DNA from: Eledone cirrhosa
Taxonomy: Eukaryota
Assembly (NCBI GenBank): GCA_964016885.1
Contig: OZ024743.1
Span: 300,638,001-300,702,000 of the forward strand
Direction of reading: 5' to 3'
Length of the DNA stretch: 64,000 bases
Part shown: one piece after another, positions 25,701 to 39,142 of the stretch
Numbering within the stretch: position 1 is the first letter of the stretch
Layout: each line of letters starts with the position of its first letter
Notes under the pieces: generated by a model
The model's database searches: none
What the model was told of the DNA's origin: nothing
The model's input: the letters and a program-made list of their open reading frames with translations, nothing else
Position numbers and translations under genes: made by a program

Positions 25701-25874
25701 AAATGTAGAGGCGAGAGTGGATGGTTTTAATTGTTTTGGTGTGTTGTTAATTTGTTTGTTTGTTAATGGCAGCAATGGGAGTTTGTGCAGTGGGGTGATA
25801 GTGGAGGGTGGTGCTGGGTGATAGCTCGAATGTTTTTTTCCAGTTCTTTTGCCAGATTCATTATGGCTAAAAAA
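22755..25874 (-). CDS. LINE ORF2: AP-endonuclease plus reverse transcriptase, uninterrupted
   Basis: LTETHL, YRPP, GDFNLP, LDL, SDHD; NYRPISL, QHGFR, LDFSKAFD, SGVPQGTVLGP, FADD. The ORF track starts at TTG 25775 but the frame is open from 25892. Confidence 0.95.
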   Translation of the reverse strand, partial: FFSHNESGKRTGKKHSSYHPAPPSTITPLHKLPLLPLTNKQINNTPKQLKPSTLASTFLLNAQGISPSTNTQKWKIKFLEDWIDVHPNHIPFFVLTETHLSNLHLEAEVKVKNFKAIRADRAGRRKGGTAIYVHNSFSTEAMNIFTNGYCEAVTVFSQTNNLLVVGLYRPPQTPVPCFKECVNSIKCFIQECHPDNILMMGDFNLPGVDWSTNTLPPGSSASTSDREAVESLLDFMDDFFLSQLVLEPTRCHKNVLDLIFSNHTDNIHNIAVEKTLLSDHDMVLCDLRFHRPIYKPNVISPVHPFDAMDFHNANWEAISHDLAHVDWSFTHTHTPTNIKKSGQTFVDTVTNICAKHTPLRTINKSKSRIPRNRKTLIRKIKRTNKKINKLKYCQQQHINLTAISSLEIKKHNLQNNIMSLINNQRRAEEAWAIEKIKLNPKVFFSFAKKHKITGSTVGPLIDENGTLQDNAKTMGEILQKQYCSVFSNPDMADLGCIGDVTPHYTLSDITFGAPDVLAAIKEIKHNSAVGPDRFPACVLKACQHQLASPLANLWRNSLDAGYVPENLLSQSVVPVFKKGNKSLAVNYRPISLTSHIIKVFERVVRSRMTHFLESNNMLNSNQHGFRNGRDCLTQLLHHFDDILRALGEGSNTDVIYLDFSKAFDRVDHNILLRKLSNIGVTGKLLQWIKSFLSNRTQHVVVEGVKSSPAKASSGVPQGTVLGPLLIIIYINDITDIIKHSNIKIFADDSKLQKVINGVDDRISLQSDLLAVTQWAEKNNMLLNEDKFELIHFGKEDALKLPYSLPTGETLVASNNIRDLGVTVDSNISWTTHISSKVDMARRMCSWILRTFQSRDSRTIILLFSTFARPHLEYCCPLWSPHTKQSIMKLEAPQRAITKKIDGMSDLDYWGRLENLKLYSLQRRRERYIICMMWKMFHHHCPNDVGIAFKIHPRLGPRAIRPIQKSKSQLITTIRHNYFTSIDPALFNITPGHVKTETDHTKFKKSLDKFLQVIPDKPPTPGYVSANSNSLLEWAMVPKS

Positions 25875-26530
25875 GAGGAAGAGGTTTCCTGTTTAGAAGA
25901 CTGTTGGTGACTGTGGTAGTGGTTATTTTTATGTAGGTTATGGTTTTTGTTTTTGCTTTTATTTTTAATTTTATTTTCATTTATCCGACGGGTCCCCGGG
26001 AGATGGGTAAAGGGACAATCCCGGTCTAAACACAATCTGTCTCGCAGGGAAAAACGGCAGATTTGTGGATTCCTTGTTTGAGTTATTGGTGGTTGTGTTG
26101 GTGTTAAATTAGAGTATGTATTATGGTGGTGGCTGTTTGTGGGGATAGATCGTTTTGTCCTAGGTAAATGGGTGAATTTGCAGCCACTATCCGTACATAT
26201 TCTATAGCGTAGAGAGTAGCGGCAAATGATGGGGTTTCGAGTGGGTGGGTATGTGGGTGTGTGTGTTGTGAGAGGTGTAGATGATGGTTTGGGTAGGATT
26301 TGACGACCTTTGTGGACTGTGGGAGGGAGAGTTCTTGTTCTGGTATTAGAAGGTAAATTCCTTGACATAGCAGTAGACAAAAATGTTGTAGTAGTAGTAG
26401 TAGTAGTAGTAGGCAGAGATGTTGGCAGTGGTGATGATTGGACTGCTGGGCCAGAGAAAGGATGTGGCGTTTCTTGCTGTGAGACAGAGGCTACTGGGGG
26501 GTCAATAGTTTCATTTAGTAGATCGGCCAT
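25763..26530 (-). CDS. LINE ORF1 with two CCCH-type zinc fingers
   Basis: [19 protein letters not shown] and [19 protein letters not shown] in Pro/Thr-rich low-complexity sequence. Confidence 0.8.
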   Translation of the reverse strand: MADLLNETIDPPVASVSQQETPHPFSGPAVQSSPLPTSLPTTTTTTTTTFLSTAMSRNLPSNTRTRTLPPTVHKGRQILPKPSSTPLTTHTPTYPPTRNPIICRYSLRYRICTDSGCKFTHLPRTKRSIPTNSHHHNTYSNLTPTQPPITQTRNPQICRFSLRDRLCLDRDCPFTHLPGTRRINENKIKNKSKNKNHNLHKNNHYHSHQQSSKQETSSSFLAIMNLAKELEKNIRAITQHHPPLSPHCTNSHCCH

Positions 26531-26694
26531 TGTTGATGAATCAAGGAGTGGTTCACACTGTTGTTGTCGTTGTTGTTGTTGTTGCTGTTGTTGATGTTGT
26601 TGTTGTAGCTGTTGTTGATGTTGTTGTTGTAGCTGCTGTTGTTGTTGCTGTTGTAGCTGCTGTTGTTGTTGTTGCTGCTGTATATATATATATT

Positions 26695-26810
<116 letters not shown>

Positions 26811-26821
26811 CACGTATATAG

Positions 26822-26915
<94 letters not shown>

Positions 26916-27028
26916 TGGAGTCTGGATACGACGTGGTAAGGTCGGAAAGTGCTCTACTACGGGGATAGGAGCTAGATAGTTATGGTCCACCTGGTTCCTT
27001 ACCACTCTTCCCTCGCTATATATATACA

Positions 27029-27124
<96 letters not shown>

Positions 27125-27149
27125 TATACATATATATATATATATATAC

Positions 27150-27180
<31 letters not shown>

Positions 27181-27192
27181 CATATATATACA

Positions 27193-27300
<108 letters not shown>

Positions 27301-27318
27301 TGTATATATATATATATA

Positions 27319-27671
<353 letters not shown>

Positions 27672-27672
27672 T

Positions 27673-27704
<32 letters not shown>

Positions 27705-27721
27705 AATATTTATATATATAC

Positions 27722-27779
<58 letters not shown>

Positions 27780-27808
27780 TTATATAGATATATATATATA
27801 TATATACA

Positions 27809-27848
<40 letters not shown>

Positions 27849-27863
27849 TATATATATTTAAAT

Positions 27864-27954
<91 letters not shown>

Positions 27955-27959
<5 letters not shown>

Positions 27960-28160
27960 GGAGTAAGTAAGACCCCGACGGCTGAGCTCAAGCCGTTTCG
28001 ACGGCTAATTCTGTACAGAATTGAGTACAGAATTAGCCGTCGAAACGGCTTGAGCTCAGCCGTCGGGGTCTTACTTGCTCCTATTACCCACTCTACTACC
28101 CTAAGTATTGAGTAGTTTGGTGCGTTATGGTCCACCTGGTTCCTTACCACTTTTCCCTCG

Positions 28161-28161
<1 letters not shown>
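27955..28161 (+). mobile_element. PLE 3'-end fragment with 5' fold-back (same family as 57.7-60.8 kb)
   Basis: ~60-bp inverted arms, then ...ccactctactaccctaagtattgag...ccttaccac; sister copies at 46522-46727, 57702-57842 and 60702-60792. Confidence 0.85.
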
Positions 28162-28223
<62 letters not shown>

Positions 28224-28238
28224 CATAATTATATATAT

Positions 28239-28949
28239 ATGACTTTAAAACCCTGTTCGTCTGTTTGTTTACATACAGACTAGCTGGACACTCACTGTAA
28301 AGTGTCTAGTGAAAAACTCGGTACATGTACATATGTATACATGTGTGTATTTATAAGCATACTAGTACTTCCGTATACATATGTAGATGTACACTTTAAC
28401 TTAATTGTTTAAGCGTCAGTCATACAAAAGTGAGTTAGAAGCGAAACGAAATTTAATTTCGTTTCGTTATTTGTTTTTATCGTTTCCGCTGAACCGGTGC
28501 GTACAATGACTCACGTTCTATGCAAATCAGTCTGCCCACTACTGATTTTCAGAGAAAAAGCATATAACGATATGTGCTTTTACAATTCTCCAGAGAAGCC
28601 GGAGGATGGGTATATATTGCTGATGAGATGTAATAACATCGAAACTAGTCCAATATTCCTGTCTGGCTCTCTGGAGAATAGAGGAAGTGTGTTTCCTTGA
28701 AAACTCGTATGACTTTAAAACCCGGCTCGTCTGTTTGTTTACATACAGACTAGCTGGACACTCACTGTAAAGTGTCTAGTGAAAAACTCGGTACATGTAC
28801 ATATGTATACATGTGTGTATTTATATGCATACTAGTACTTCCGTATACATATGTAGATGTACACTTTAACTTAATTGTTTAAGCGTCAGTCATACAAAAG
28901 TGAGTTAGAAGCGAAACGAAATATAATTTCGTTTCGTTATTTGTTTTTA

Positions 28950-28950
<1 letters not shown>
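28239..28950 (+). mobile_element. Non-coding partial tandem element (470-bp unit plus ~240-bp repeat) carrying a hammerhead; retrozyme/pLTR-like
   Basis: gactttaaaa starts at both 28241 and 28711; flanked by (TA)n. Confidence 0.8.
28614..28656 (+). ncRNA. Type I hammerhead ribozyme with a complete core
   Basis: atattg CTGATGA gatgt-aata-acatc GAAA ctag TC caatat; outer helix attctccagagaagccgga / tctggctctctggagaat. Confidence 0.9.
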
Positions 28951-29442
<492 letters not shown>

Positions 29443-29896
29443 AACCCCTTGTTGTTCAGCCGACCATGTTATTCTTCAATCTTTCTATATATATATATAT
29501 ATATATACATTATATTTGGTGCTCTGAAATAGCGATATATATATGAATGTATATATAGTGTATTTTGCAATACACTATGCTCAATTAAAAGAATTTCGAA
29601 GAGCTTACGCTATTGTTTTAGAGCAGTGACAGTCTCACTTACTTTAATTTTCAGCAAATAGGGGAGATAAAGCTGACATAGCTCTGTTCCGCACTTTGTT
29701 GTGCTTATCAAAGCTAAGTAAGACGCCTTTTTGTTGAAAAGCATGAATGTTTTATTCTTATAGAATTCTAGTAATAATCAGAAACTAATTATACAGAGCG
29801 GTTGCGGTCAAGCAGAATTTGAAAATTAGAATTGTTGCTCTGAAATAGCGATATGTGACATCAAAAACAAAACCGTTTTTAGGTTTAGACTCATTT

Positions 29897-32800
29897 TAGG
29901 TTCTCAACCGATTTCGGCCAACCCTTTTGCCCCTCCAAATCACGAAACACTGTTTTTCCATTTTTCAATATACTACTGATTTTGATATCAGTAGATTATT
30001 AAAAAAATGTTTAAAGATATTCCAAAGATACCATTGAAGGCAGTTGAAAGTATAAATATTTTCCTTGAAAGGAAATATATAAATTTCAAAAAAAGGAACA
30101 TAAATGTTCTTTTTTATGAATAAGGACCAGTCGAATTTGTATTCCCACCAGGCGATACCAGCTATTTTGAACATTTATACAAGAGCAACTCTGTCTATCC
30201 AAAGAATGCTCTTATCTGGAGGAAAGTGGCAATTGTATTATTTCAAAGCTTTTCAATTTTCCCTTTAATGAAACGGACAGAATAAATGTTGATATCTAAC
30301 TTGATGTCCCCTCCGCTTTGTGAGCTTAGAGACCACGCAATGGGTTTTCATGACCACGCAAGAGGGTACATTCATTAGTAAACGGTAAAATATATATAAC
30401 AAATGAGTAAATGAATTATAGATGATTTTCAGTCCAGACAGACTGCAACTACAAATAAAAAATTGACTTACTTTGACCTCGTTTCAATGGGAGCCTTGAG
30501 CTTCATGGAGTTTAGCTAACACTTTGACGTCAGGCTGGATATTCGTGAGATGTAGCCGGAGATCTCCACGTGCAATCAATCACATTGTAGCTGTTGCGTG
30601 CCTTACTATGCAGTCTGGAAACAGCGCCAAACCCCCTCTCGACTAAGTTTGAGCTAGGAAAAGGCAAAGCAAATCTCTTAACCTCTGCATGTAGGAGTGG
30701 AAATCGACGTTGAATTTCCTCTTGCATCCAAAATAAGGGGTTCACCTATTTTGGAAAATTTAATTTTGATAATGTCATCTGTTTGAAGTTCAATTAATTC
30801 TTCCTGAAATTTAACGTTCAAATCGTCGACGTTAGCTATGAAGGGATCTGCTATCCACATTGGGATATTCATCTGCAAAGGGTCGACAAACCGTTCTCTC
30901 ATGTTGTCTAGTAGTGCATGGAGGTGCGCGGTATAAATTTGGAATTGGTCATCGCTCACAATGTTTTGAAACTTGGCGACACTAGGAAAATTATAGAATT
31001 CCCGTCGACAAAGATTCCTTTCGATGACTCTCAATTTGGCCAGGAATATTTTAACAGCATTCCTTGCTTTAAGCAAGGTGATCTTCTCCTCCTGCCAAGC
31101 CATAATGAGGCTATTGCATTTATCGAAGATGTCGGCGAGGTAGGCGCAGTCTGCCCTCACATCGAGGGATTTTTTTATACAGTTCTGTGTTGCGTCCTCG
31201 AAGAAACGAGATGATAGAGTCGAACAGTTCAAAGAAGCGAGTAAAGCACTTGCCCTTTGAAAGCCACCTCACTTCAGTATGAAGGAGCAACTCGACAAAT
31301 TCTTCGTCATTATCTTCGCACAGCTGCCGGAAAATTCGTTCATTGAGAGCATAGCGTTTGATATAATTGATGACATCAATGGCTACCTGCAAAGATAGGC
31401 TGAGCGGCTCGCTGAGTTTCTTCGCAGCCAAGTGTTGTCGATGAATGACACAATGAAGAGCAAATTCAGATGGATTTTCCCTCTACAGAAGGCTGACCAT
31501 TGCTCTTGCGCCCTCTTGTAGCACATTATACAATATTGTTAAGAGGTATCTCTTTTTCTTCGAGGTATCCCTTGACAGATTCAAAGATGGTGGCACCTTC
31601 GTATCTGTGGCTAGATTCAGAGTGAAGAGAAGCTGCTCGTGCATTTCGTTTTGGTGGAAAAATCTCACATATCCCAGTAGTAAGGACTGATTCCCGGAAA
31701 GTGTGCTTTCATCAAGTTGCAAAGCAAATTGTGTCGATTTCAAGATGTTGCATAATTTCTCTTCAACATTTTCCGCCATTTCGTCGATGCGTCTCCTTAT
31801 CAAGTCGTTACTCAACGGAATACATTTCAAGGTCTTTAAAGGGTTCTGATGTAGTACTGTTGAAAGAATTTCTGAAATGACATGAGCTATCATTGTTTCA
31901 CCCAAGGAATGGGGCTTGCCACACTTTGCGATTATGTTGGCAATATTGTAAGATGCGACAAGTCCATCAACATTTGAAGCTTCAACTTTTGAAAAGGCAG
32001 AAGAAATTAGTGTTGTTAATTGAAATTGGTCTCTAAGACACTGAAAGTATGCTAAATCTTTATATCTTATCGGGTTGCCTCACCCCCATGTGTCTACTCA
32101 AACGCGATGGCTTCATCGCCTCATTCGAAAAGGACTCCTTGCAAATTAAACACATGGGTGACAGGTGGTTCGACGGCGATGGGATGAATCCGAACCGTAA
32201 CTAATCAACGCTGTACTGCCTGTATCTTTTCTTCATTGCTGAGGCCATCTTCTGTTTATCGAATATGTTTGGTAAAATTACGCAAATATTTGCCTATATA
32301 AGCCTATACAATTGTGTATGAGGAACTTACTATAATGCGTCCTGTTCCAGTATGATAAAGTTTCAAGTAATAAACAAAACTGCAATAAAAACACAAATAC
32401 TCCCATTAATTAACCAAGTCGAGTCAAGTTATATATGAAGATTAACCAGTCTTTCATGTAGGAATAGTAATAACTTAGCTTGAGGGAATTAAGGTGGCAG
32501 ACTTAATAAAGAATCAACGAAGCAACGAGTTCAATAGAACTTAATGTAAGAATGACTAGTAATGTGCTATTTTGAAATGGAATCCATGAATTAAGCACGT
32601 AGTGATAAGACGCGATAATACTAAGTTAAGACATTACTTATTAGTCAGAGTTACTCAAATTATCGCCCTTACCTTAATGCATCACTGTGATATTGTTGTA
32701 ATGGTTCTGCAATTATAATGGATGACTGTTGAAGACTACAAAAGCACTACTTTAAGCCCAAGGCTATAACAAGACTTGATCGTAGTATAAACAGTCAGTT

Positions 32801-32967
32801 TATATAGGAATAGCAACAACCTAGTTATAGAATAAATGATGTGGAAATGCAATGAAGAGAAGATGGGGTCAACCAAACCGAATGTTAGTAAGAATGAACT
32901 GAAGTATCGAGGTCAAGCCAAACACGGTGCTGAACGGGTCAATTCATGAATAATATTGGTCTTTTCC
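29897..32967 (-). mobile_element. Degenerate hAT DNA transposon (Buster/Charlie, ZBED5/SCAND3-like), copy 1
   Basis: BED-like FGF..PMCLIC..MKPSRLSRH, PLSND.IRRRI, FALQLDEST, LLLHTEVRWLSKG, PFPSS.LVERGF; terminus ggttctcaacc is Charlie-like. Confidence 0.9.
30484..32248 (-). pseudogene. Buster-type hAT transposase pseudogene
   Basis: Frameshifted ORFs 31483..31905, 31120..31431, 30678..31232 and 30530..30745. Confidence 0.88.
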
Positions 32968-34390
32968 AGGGGCCTCGTTTGCTTTAAAAATATGAGGGGG
33001 ACAAACCAACATTTGTTGAAGCATTTTAGTATTACTTATGGTGTCTTTCCTGAATCCTATCACGTAAGTAACATTTTACGCTAATTAAATTTTATATATT
33101 CAAATGAAGTTCAAATATAGAAAAATAAGCTTAAAATGTATTTATTATATCAAATAAACAAAAAATAAAACATAGACCTTTCAATAAAAATCATATAAAG
33201 TAAATTTATTGTCTTTTAGAACTTTCCAAATGTATCATATATCGCATCATTGCTGTCAATAAAAACATTATCAATTTCTTCACAACTAATATTTTTCAAA
33301 ACATCTCTATGAACGTGGCATATTAGAATATGATTCAACCTTTGGTGAGTCATGGTCGATCGCAACCAAGTTTTGAGTCCCTGCAGAGCGCTAAAAGTTC
33401 TTTCAGCTTCACAAGAACTGGTTGGAAACATTAAAAGTAGCCTGAGCAATCGCTCAAAATTTAGAAACATGCGACGGACTTCTGGTTGCATTTCACCGAA
33501 TATTTTACGTTGATCCTCGAGAGATGATCCATTATGATGATTTCTATAAAAAAAAGTATTTCGTTCCTTAAAAAAAATTCATCAAACTCTGGATAGTGCA
33601 TGATCACTTCAGCACAAACATTTCCATTGAGTAAAACATTGCTCAGTTTCTCATAATCTGCTAAATCCTGTGAAAAATAATAATCTTTCAAATTTGATAT
33701 TGCAGTATCCACTACCACAAATACTGCACTCTGTAATGATCCAAAGCAGTGCAGTATTGATATTTTAACGCATTTTCATCCTGGTATCTTTTAGGAATTG
33801 TTCGTTGCCTGGGTAGCTCCAAAGGAGAAATATCGAGTTGATAAATAATTTGTTCTGCTGTATTGAACAGCCCCTGAAATTTGTCTTCACTGCGTAGATT
33901 TTTTAGCTCCTACTGCACCAGTTTGACACTCTGCAATATGCTACCTAGATTGAAGGTGGTACTTTGAAAATATTTGTTCAATCCTTCAAGGAATTGAAGT
34001 AATGGAACTACACCGTGCAATCCAATAACACATTGACCCGGTGAGTGACACGTAAGAATAACATTAGCTCAGAATGCCATGTTGGTGCAAAAACCATTTT
34101 TGCCTCTTGTAAAGAAATAGGGACATGTGAATAATTGTCAAGAAGGGCTTTGACTGTAGAAAGTCTTGTTAACCATCGAGTAGGGCACACAAGTTTTAAG
34201 GAGCGTGGTGACGATACTTCATTTTCTTCATCATGTTCGAGATAAATACGCGTGCTTAAATTTCCCAGATGTACTACATAGTTTCCGCAATTCATTCACG
34301 CAATCTAGAACATTTTTGATAAGTGAAGCTTGTTGTACGGACTTAGCTATAATAAGTTGTGAAATATGAATGCCGCAGTGCACGTAATGG
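32968..34390 (-). mobile_element. Second hAT family (Tip100/ZMYM1-like) 3' fragment
   Basis: LKLVCPTRWLTR; PTSSCEAERTFSAL..LKTWLRSTM...RLN dimerisation domain; end caggggcctcg at 32968. Confidence 0.85.
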
Positions 34391-34872
34391 GCGAAATCAA
34401 GTTATGTTAGAATGTTTAAAAAGATCTTTAAAAAGATCTTTAAAAAAATCTTTAAAAAGTTCTTTAAAAAATACCCGTATGAATTAAATACAAAAAAAGT
34501 TTCAGTCCAAAACAAAACTAAACTATTTCAAATTATATATATTTGAGAAATAGACGTGAATGTTCTCAAAGATTTGATTTCAGTCCACAAAGCTATTTTT
34601 TTAAATTCTATATTTCACTGTTAGCTGTTGTAATATTTTGATTAGATAAACAATTTTACAATTCAAACTGTAAAGTCAAAATACAAAAGATGTAAAATAT
34701 GAAGAATTTCTTACCTTTCTCTGAAATCACAATCTTAGGGCAAACATAGTATAATCGTAGCAAAACAAAACACTTAGCAACGAATGAATTGAGAAGCTTG
34801 GTGACAGAAAGTAGTATTTTTATCCCTTATATATATATACATAGATAGATACACATACACACACATACATAG

Positions 34873-34943
<71 letters not shown>

Positions 34944-35069
34944 CATAGACACAAAGTTGTGTGTGTGTGTTTATGTGCCTTGGTGTGGTTACAGAAAGAA
35001 TTTTGTCTACAGATTTTTATTGCCAGGTCAAAGGGCACTGTTATTTTCAATAACGCCGAATAACAACGC

Positions 35070-35102
<33 letters not shown>

Positions 35103-35319
35103 TCACTCACTCACTCACTCACTCACTCACTCACTCACTCACTCACTCACTCACTCACTCACTCACTCACTCACTCACTCATACACACATACACAGGCAC
35201 ACACGCACATATATATATATATAAATGAAGAAAGAATGAGAGAGGGACAAAGAGAGTAAGAAATGTGTGTGTGCGTTTGGTACACATCTATCTATCTATC
35301 TACACTTCATGCGATACAT

Positions 35320-36200
35320 CATAGAGAGGGTTGGGTGTAAACCCGGCTTCGGTGGGGCCCTGATCAGCTTGGATCTGCTCAAGGGTCAAGGTTAACGGCT
35401 ACCTCTCGGAGCCGTTCCATATCACGGGATCCATCCGACAGGGATGCCCTCTCTCATCCCTTCTGTACGTACTGACTATCGAGCCACTACTGCGGAAGTT
35501 GGAGCTATTGCAGGGCATCCTTCTGAAACCGGGACTGCGAAAAGCGGAGTCGGCCTACGCAGTCGACGTGATATTAATAGTCTCGACCACCTCGCAAATC
35601 GGAGAGATCGGCACCTTACTGGAGAAATACGAAAGGTTCACAGGAGCGAAGCTGCACCGGGACAAATCCGTCGGTTTGCAACTCGGAACGTGCAGAGGCA
35701 AACCGATGCCTTCCGATGACGTCGTCGGACGCTGGACGGAAGGACCGGTAAAGCTGCTCGGGGTCTGGTTTGATCCAGGCCTTCCAGGTGGAGAAGAACT
35801 GGAACGATGTGCGGCCAAGTTGTTTGCGCTTACCCAGAAGTGAGCCGAGTGCAAACTATCCTTGAAATGTCGAGCGGAGGTGGCGAACGCTTTTATAGCG
35901 TCCGTCATCTACTACCGCTTGACCGTCGTGCCTTGTCCAACCAAAACGCTTACCAAAAATGGAGCGCGCGCTCTTCCAATTCCTTTGGAAGAAACGGGCT
36001 CCGTTAGTGAGAAGATCCATCTGCTGCCAACACCCTTCAAACGGAGGGCTGGGGTTGCCGTGGCTGACGATGCGCAAGCACGCGCTCAGGCTGCGGCACC
36101 TCCACGTATTCCTCACCAGACAACCGGTGTGGGCCCCGTTCGTGAGGCGAGCCTTCCCATTTCGTCTCGCTGACGGAACTGCAGTCCTGCCTCATGTAAA
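35320..36200 (+). mobile_element. L1/Tx1-clade LINE RT fragment, frameshifted
   Basis: GSIRQGCPLS..LYVLTIEPLL, AYAVDV, VKLLGVWF, FQFLW...GGLGLP. Confidence 0.85.
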
Positions 36201-36408
36201 GACCGACGAAAATGTTCCTATAACCATACACATCCCGAGCTGCAGATCCGCGAAGGTGAAACAATTGTTCTCGGTATGGTGAACTAACTGTTGTGTAACC
36301 CCATCTAACTAAGTCGTCCTGTGAACTGAGTGCTCCACCACTACGGATATTACCTTCCAGCGTTCCATCACCTATATATTATATATATATATAAAATATA
36401 TCTATATA

Positions 36409-36443
<35 letters not shown>

Positions 36444-36677
36444 ATATATATATATATATAACATTACATACTTAACTATAAATGCATGTATATAAACAAA
36501 TGTATAAATGCATAGCTATATGCATACGTAAATGTATGTAAGTATATATGTATGTATGTAGATTTATATATATATATGAATGTATGTATGTAGATTTATA
36601 TATATATATATGTATGTAGATTTATATATATATATATATATAAATCTACATACATACGTATATATGTATGCATGCAG

Positions 36678-36738
<61 letters not shown>

Positions 36739-36922
36739 GATATTAAACAAATGGAAACTATATTTATAAAACCATATTTATTTCATTATCCATATTTCAG
36801 GGATACCATATTAAAAATATGGCATGCCTTCTTCAGATAAAATACAATATATAAGCAGTTTTATAAATAAATTTGACGTACCATCAAATATTGATCAACT
36901 TCCATTTAAAAAAGTTGGTTTG

Positions 36923-36966
<44 letters not shown>

Positions 36967-37729
36967 CATGAAATTTAATTTATTAATTTTTCATTGAGCC
37001 ACAAAGTGACCGGTTGCAAAACACGTATATGTATGTGTATGTATATATATATATGTAAACTTGTATATATATATATGTAGATTTATATATATATAGGCTT
37101 GGCACTTGTTGGTATAAGACGTGAATTGTCGTCTCTCCGGATTTGAAATTTTAATATTTTAAATCGACAGTAATCGGATTTATGTATGGTTTTAATTCTT
37201 CAGAGGACAAGGAAAACATACAAAAAAGATAGTTTTTGTGCTTTGACGCAATTATTTTGAAGTATATTTTACATATATTACCGTTTTAAACATGTTTATT
37301 TTCACTGTATGATTCCTTCATAGGAGACAACACACACACGTGCTTTCTATTTTTGTTTGTCTACCATACAGAGAATTTTGGTTTAACTTAAGCAGATCTT
37401 GTATTAATTTTGATTTTGGTTTAACTTAAGCAGATCTTGTATTAATTTTGATTTTTCTGAGTAACATAATTTAATTTGATATAATCTGGTTTGATTTGGT
37501 ATAATCTTATCTGTATTTGACACGATTTCGTTGTTTCTTGTATGATATGCTGATATTACAATAACTTCGTATATTTGTAAACAAACATTTACATCCACCT
37601 TATATATACAACTTACATCGTGTTTCTATATCTCTATGTTTCCGGTTTCTTCCATTCATTAATTTAAATTTAAAAATTTATTTTTATATTTATGAACTGC
37701 TGTTGCTCACGCTGTCTCTATCTCTCTCC

Positions 37730-38030
<301 letters not shown>

Positions 38031-38193
38031 GACCTCCCCCCCACTCTTCCCGCTATCTCTCTCGCTCCCCTCTTCTGTTTCTCTTTCTTTTTCTCTCGCT
38101 GGAGTTATATCTCTATCTCCCTCCCTCACTCTGTCCCTCTCTAACCTCTACCCTACACTTCCCACTGTCTCTCTTTCTCCCCTCCACAGCGAA

Positions 38194-39142
38194 ATGGACT
38201 GCATGCAGGAAAAACGTGAAATCAGGAGTCAGCGAAACTGGTCGAAGATGGAACTAGCGGTTTTGATCAAGGGGTGGACTATGGCTGATAGTTCTCCACC
38301 AAGCAAAAAAGATGGCGGAGAACCTGAAGAGCCATGGGTTTCTGAGGACCCCGGTACAGATAGAGAGAAAGAGAAAAGAAATTGAGAAGGCGTATGTCCT
38401 CATAGTGCTTCATATGGCGATGCTAAGCCGTGTCCTCAGGGAGGAGAAAACCGAAGGGAGGGATGAGGAGAAGGAGAGGGAAAAGGAAGAGGAAAAAGAA
38501 AAAGAAAAGGAGGAGAGCACAAGCACGGACCTGAAAGAAAATGATATACCCTCCGCTACAGGCAGGGAGGGCAGGCCGGGCAACCAACAAGCTAAGGGCA
38601 AAGGTGAAAAGCGAAATCACCTTCCGAAGGAGAACCAAGCGCAGCGGGAAAAGTGGACAACTGTTCAAAGAAAGAACAGAAAGCACCGAGACACTGGGAG
38701 CAAAAGACCCCAAGTAATGTGCAAGTCTTTCAAGAACGGGACATGCTGGCATGGAGAGACAGGGATGGGATGCAGATTCGCCCACCCTAGGTCTCAAACG
38801 AACTATGTCCATCATACTCGCGCAACATGCCGTAGCCTAAGCCGAAATAAGCCGCTCCAGAAGTATGCTGATGTCGCGCGTGCTGAACCAACAAGGAGAA
38901 GGCACGCACATGCCGAGGAGATACAGGTGGCAGCAGCAGATCAGAAACATTTTTTAGTGATGGCAGAGAAGATTGTGGGACAGCTGACCTGGCTGCATCG
39001 TCTCCAGAGCCAGGGTCATCCACACCAGCACTCGAGACCACCGCAGTTAAGGGACCCAGAGTGGCCGCCGCTGACACCAGACCAGGTGTCATACCGACAG
39101 CCATTACTGGCACCCCAAAAGTCACACCAGTGCTGCTGCTGA
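38194..39142 (+). pseudogene. LINE ORF1 with a trihelix (Myb/SANT-like) N-terminus and one CCCH finger; frameshift near 38310
   Basis: WSKMELAVLIKGW / MAENLKSHGFLRTPVQIERKRKEIEKAY; CKSFKNGTCWHGETGMGCRFAH. Confidence 0.65.

Larger units (their letters stand above)
22668..26680 (-). mobile_element. Apparently full-length CR1-group (APE-RT) LINE inserted in (TA)n
   Basis: ORF1 plus uninterrupted ORF2, short 3' UTR ending (TTCAAAGTTA)2, trinucleotide-rich 5' leader. Confidence 0.92.

Noticed and set aside
34418-34470. Short tandem repeats (taaaaagatcttt; also the 46-bp duplication at ~37375-37455) as a CRISPR-like array
   Set aside because: No unique spacers and a eukaryotic context; simple slippage repeats
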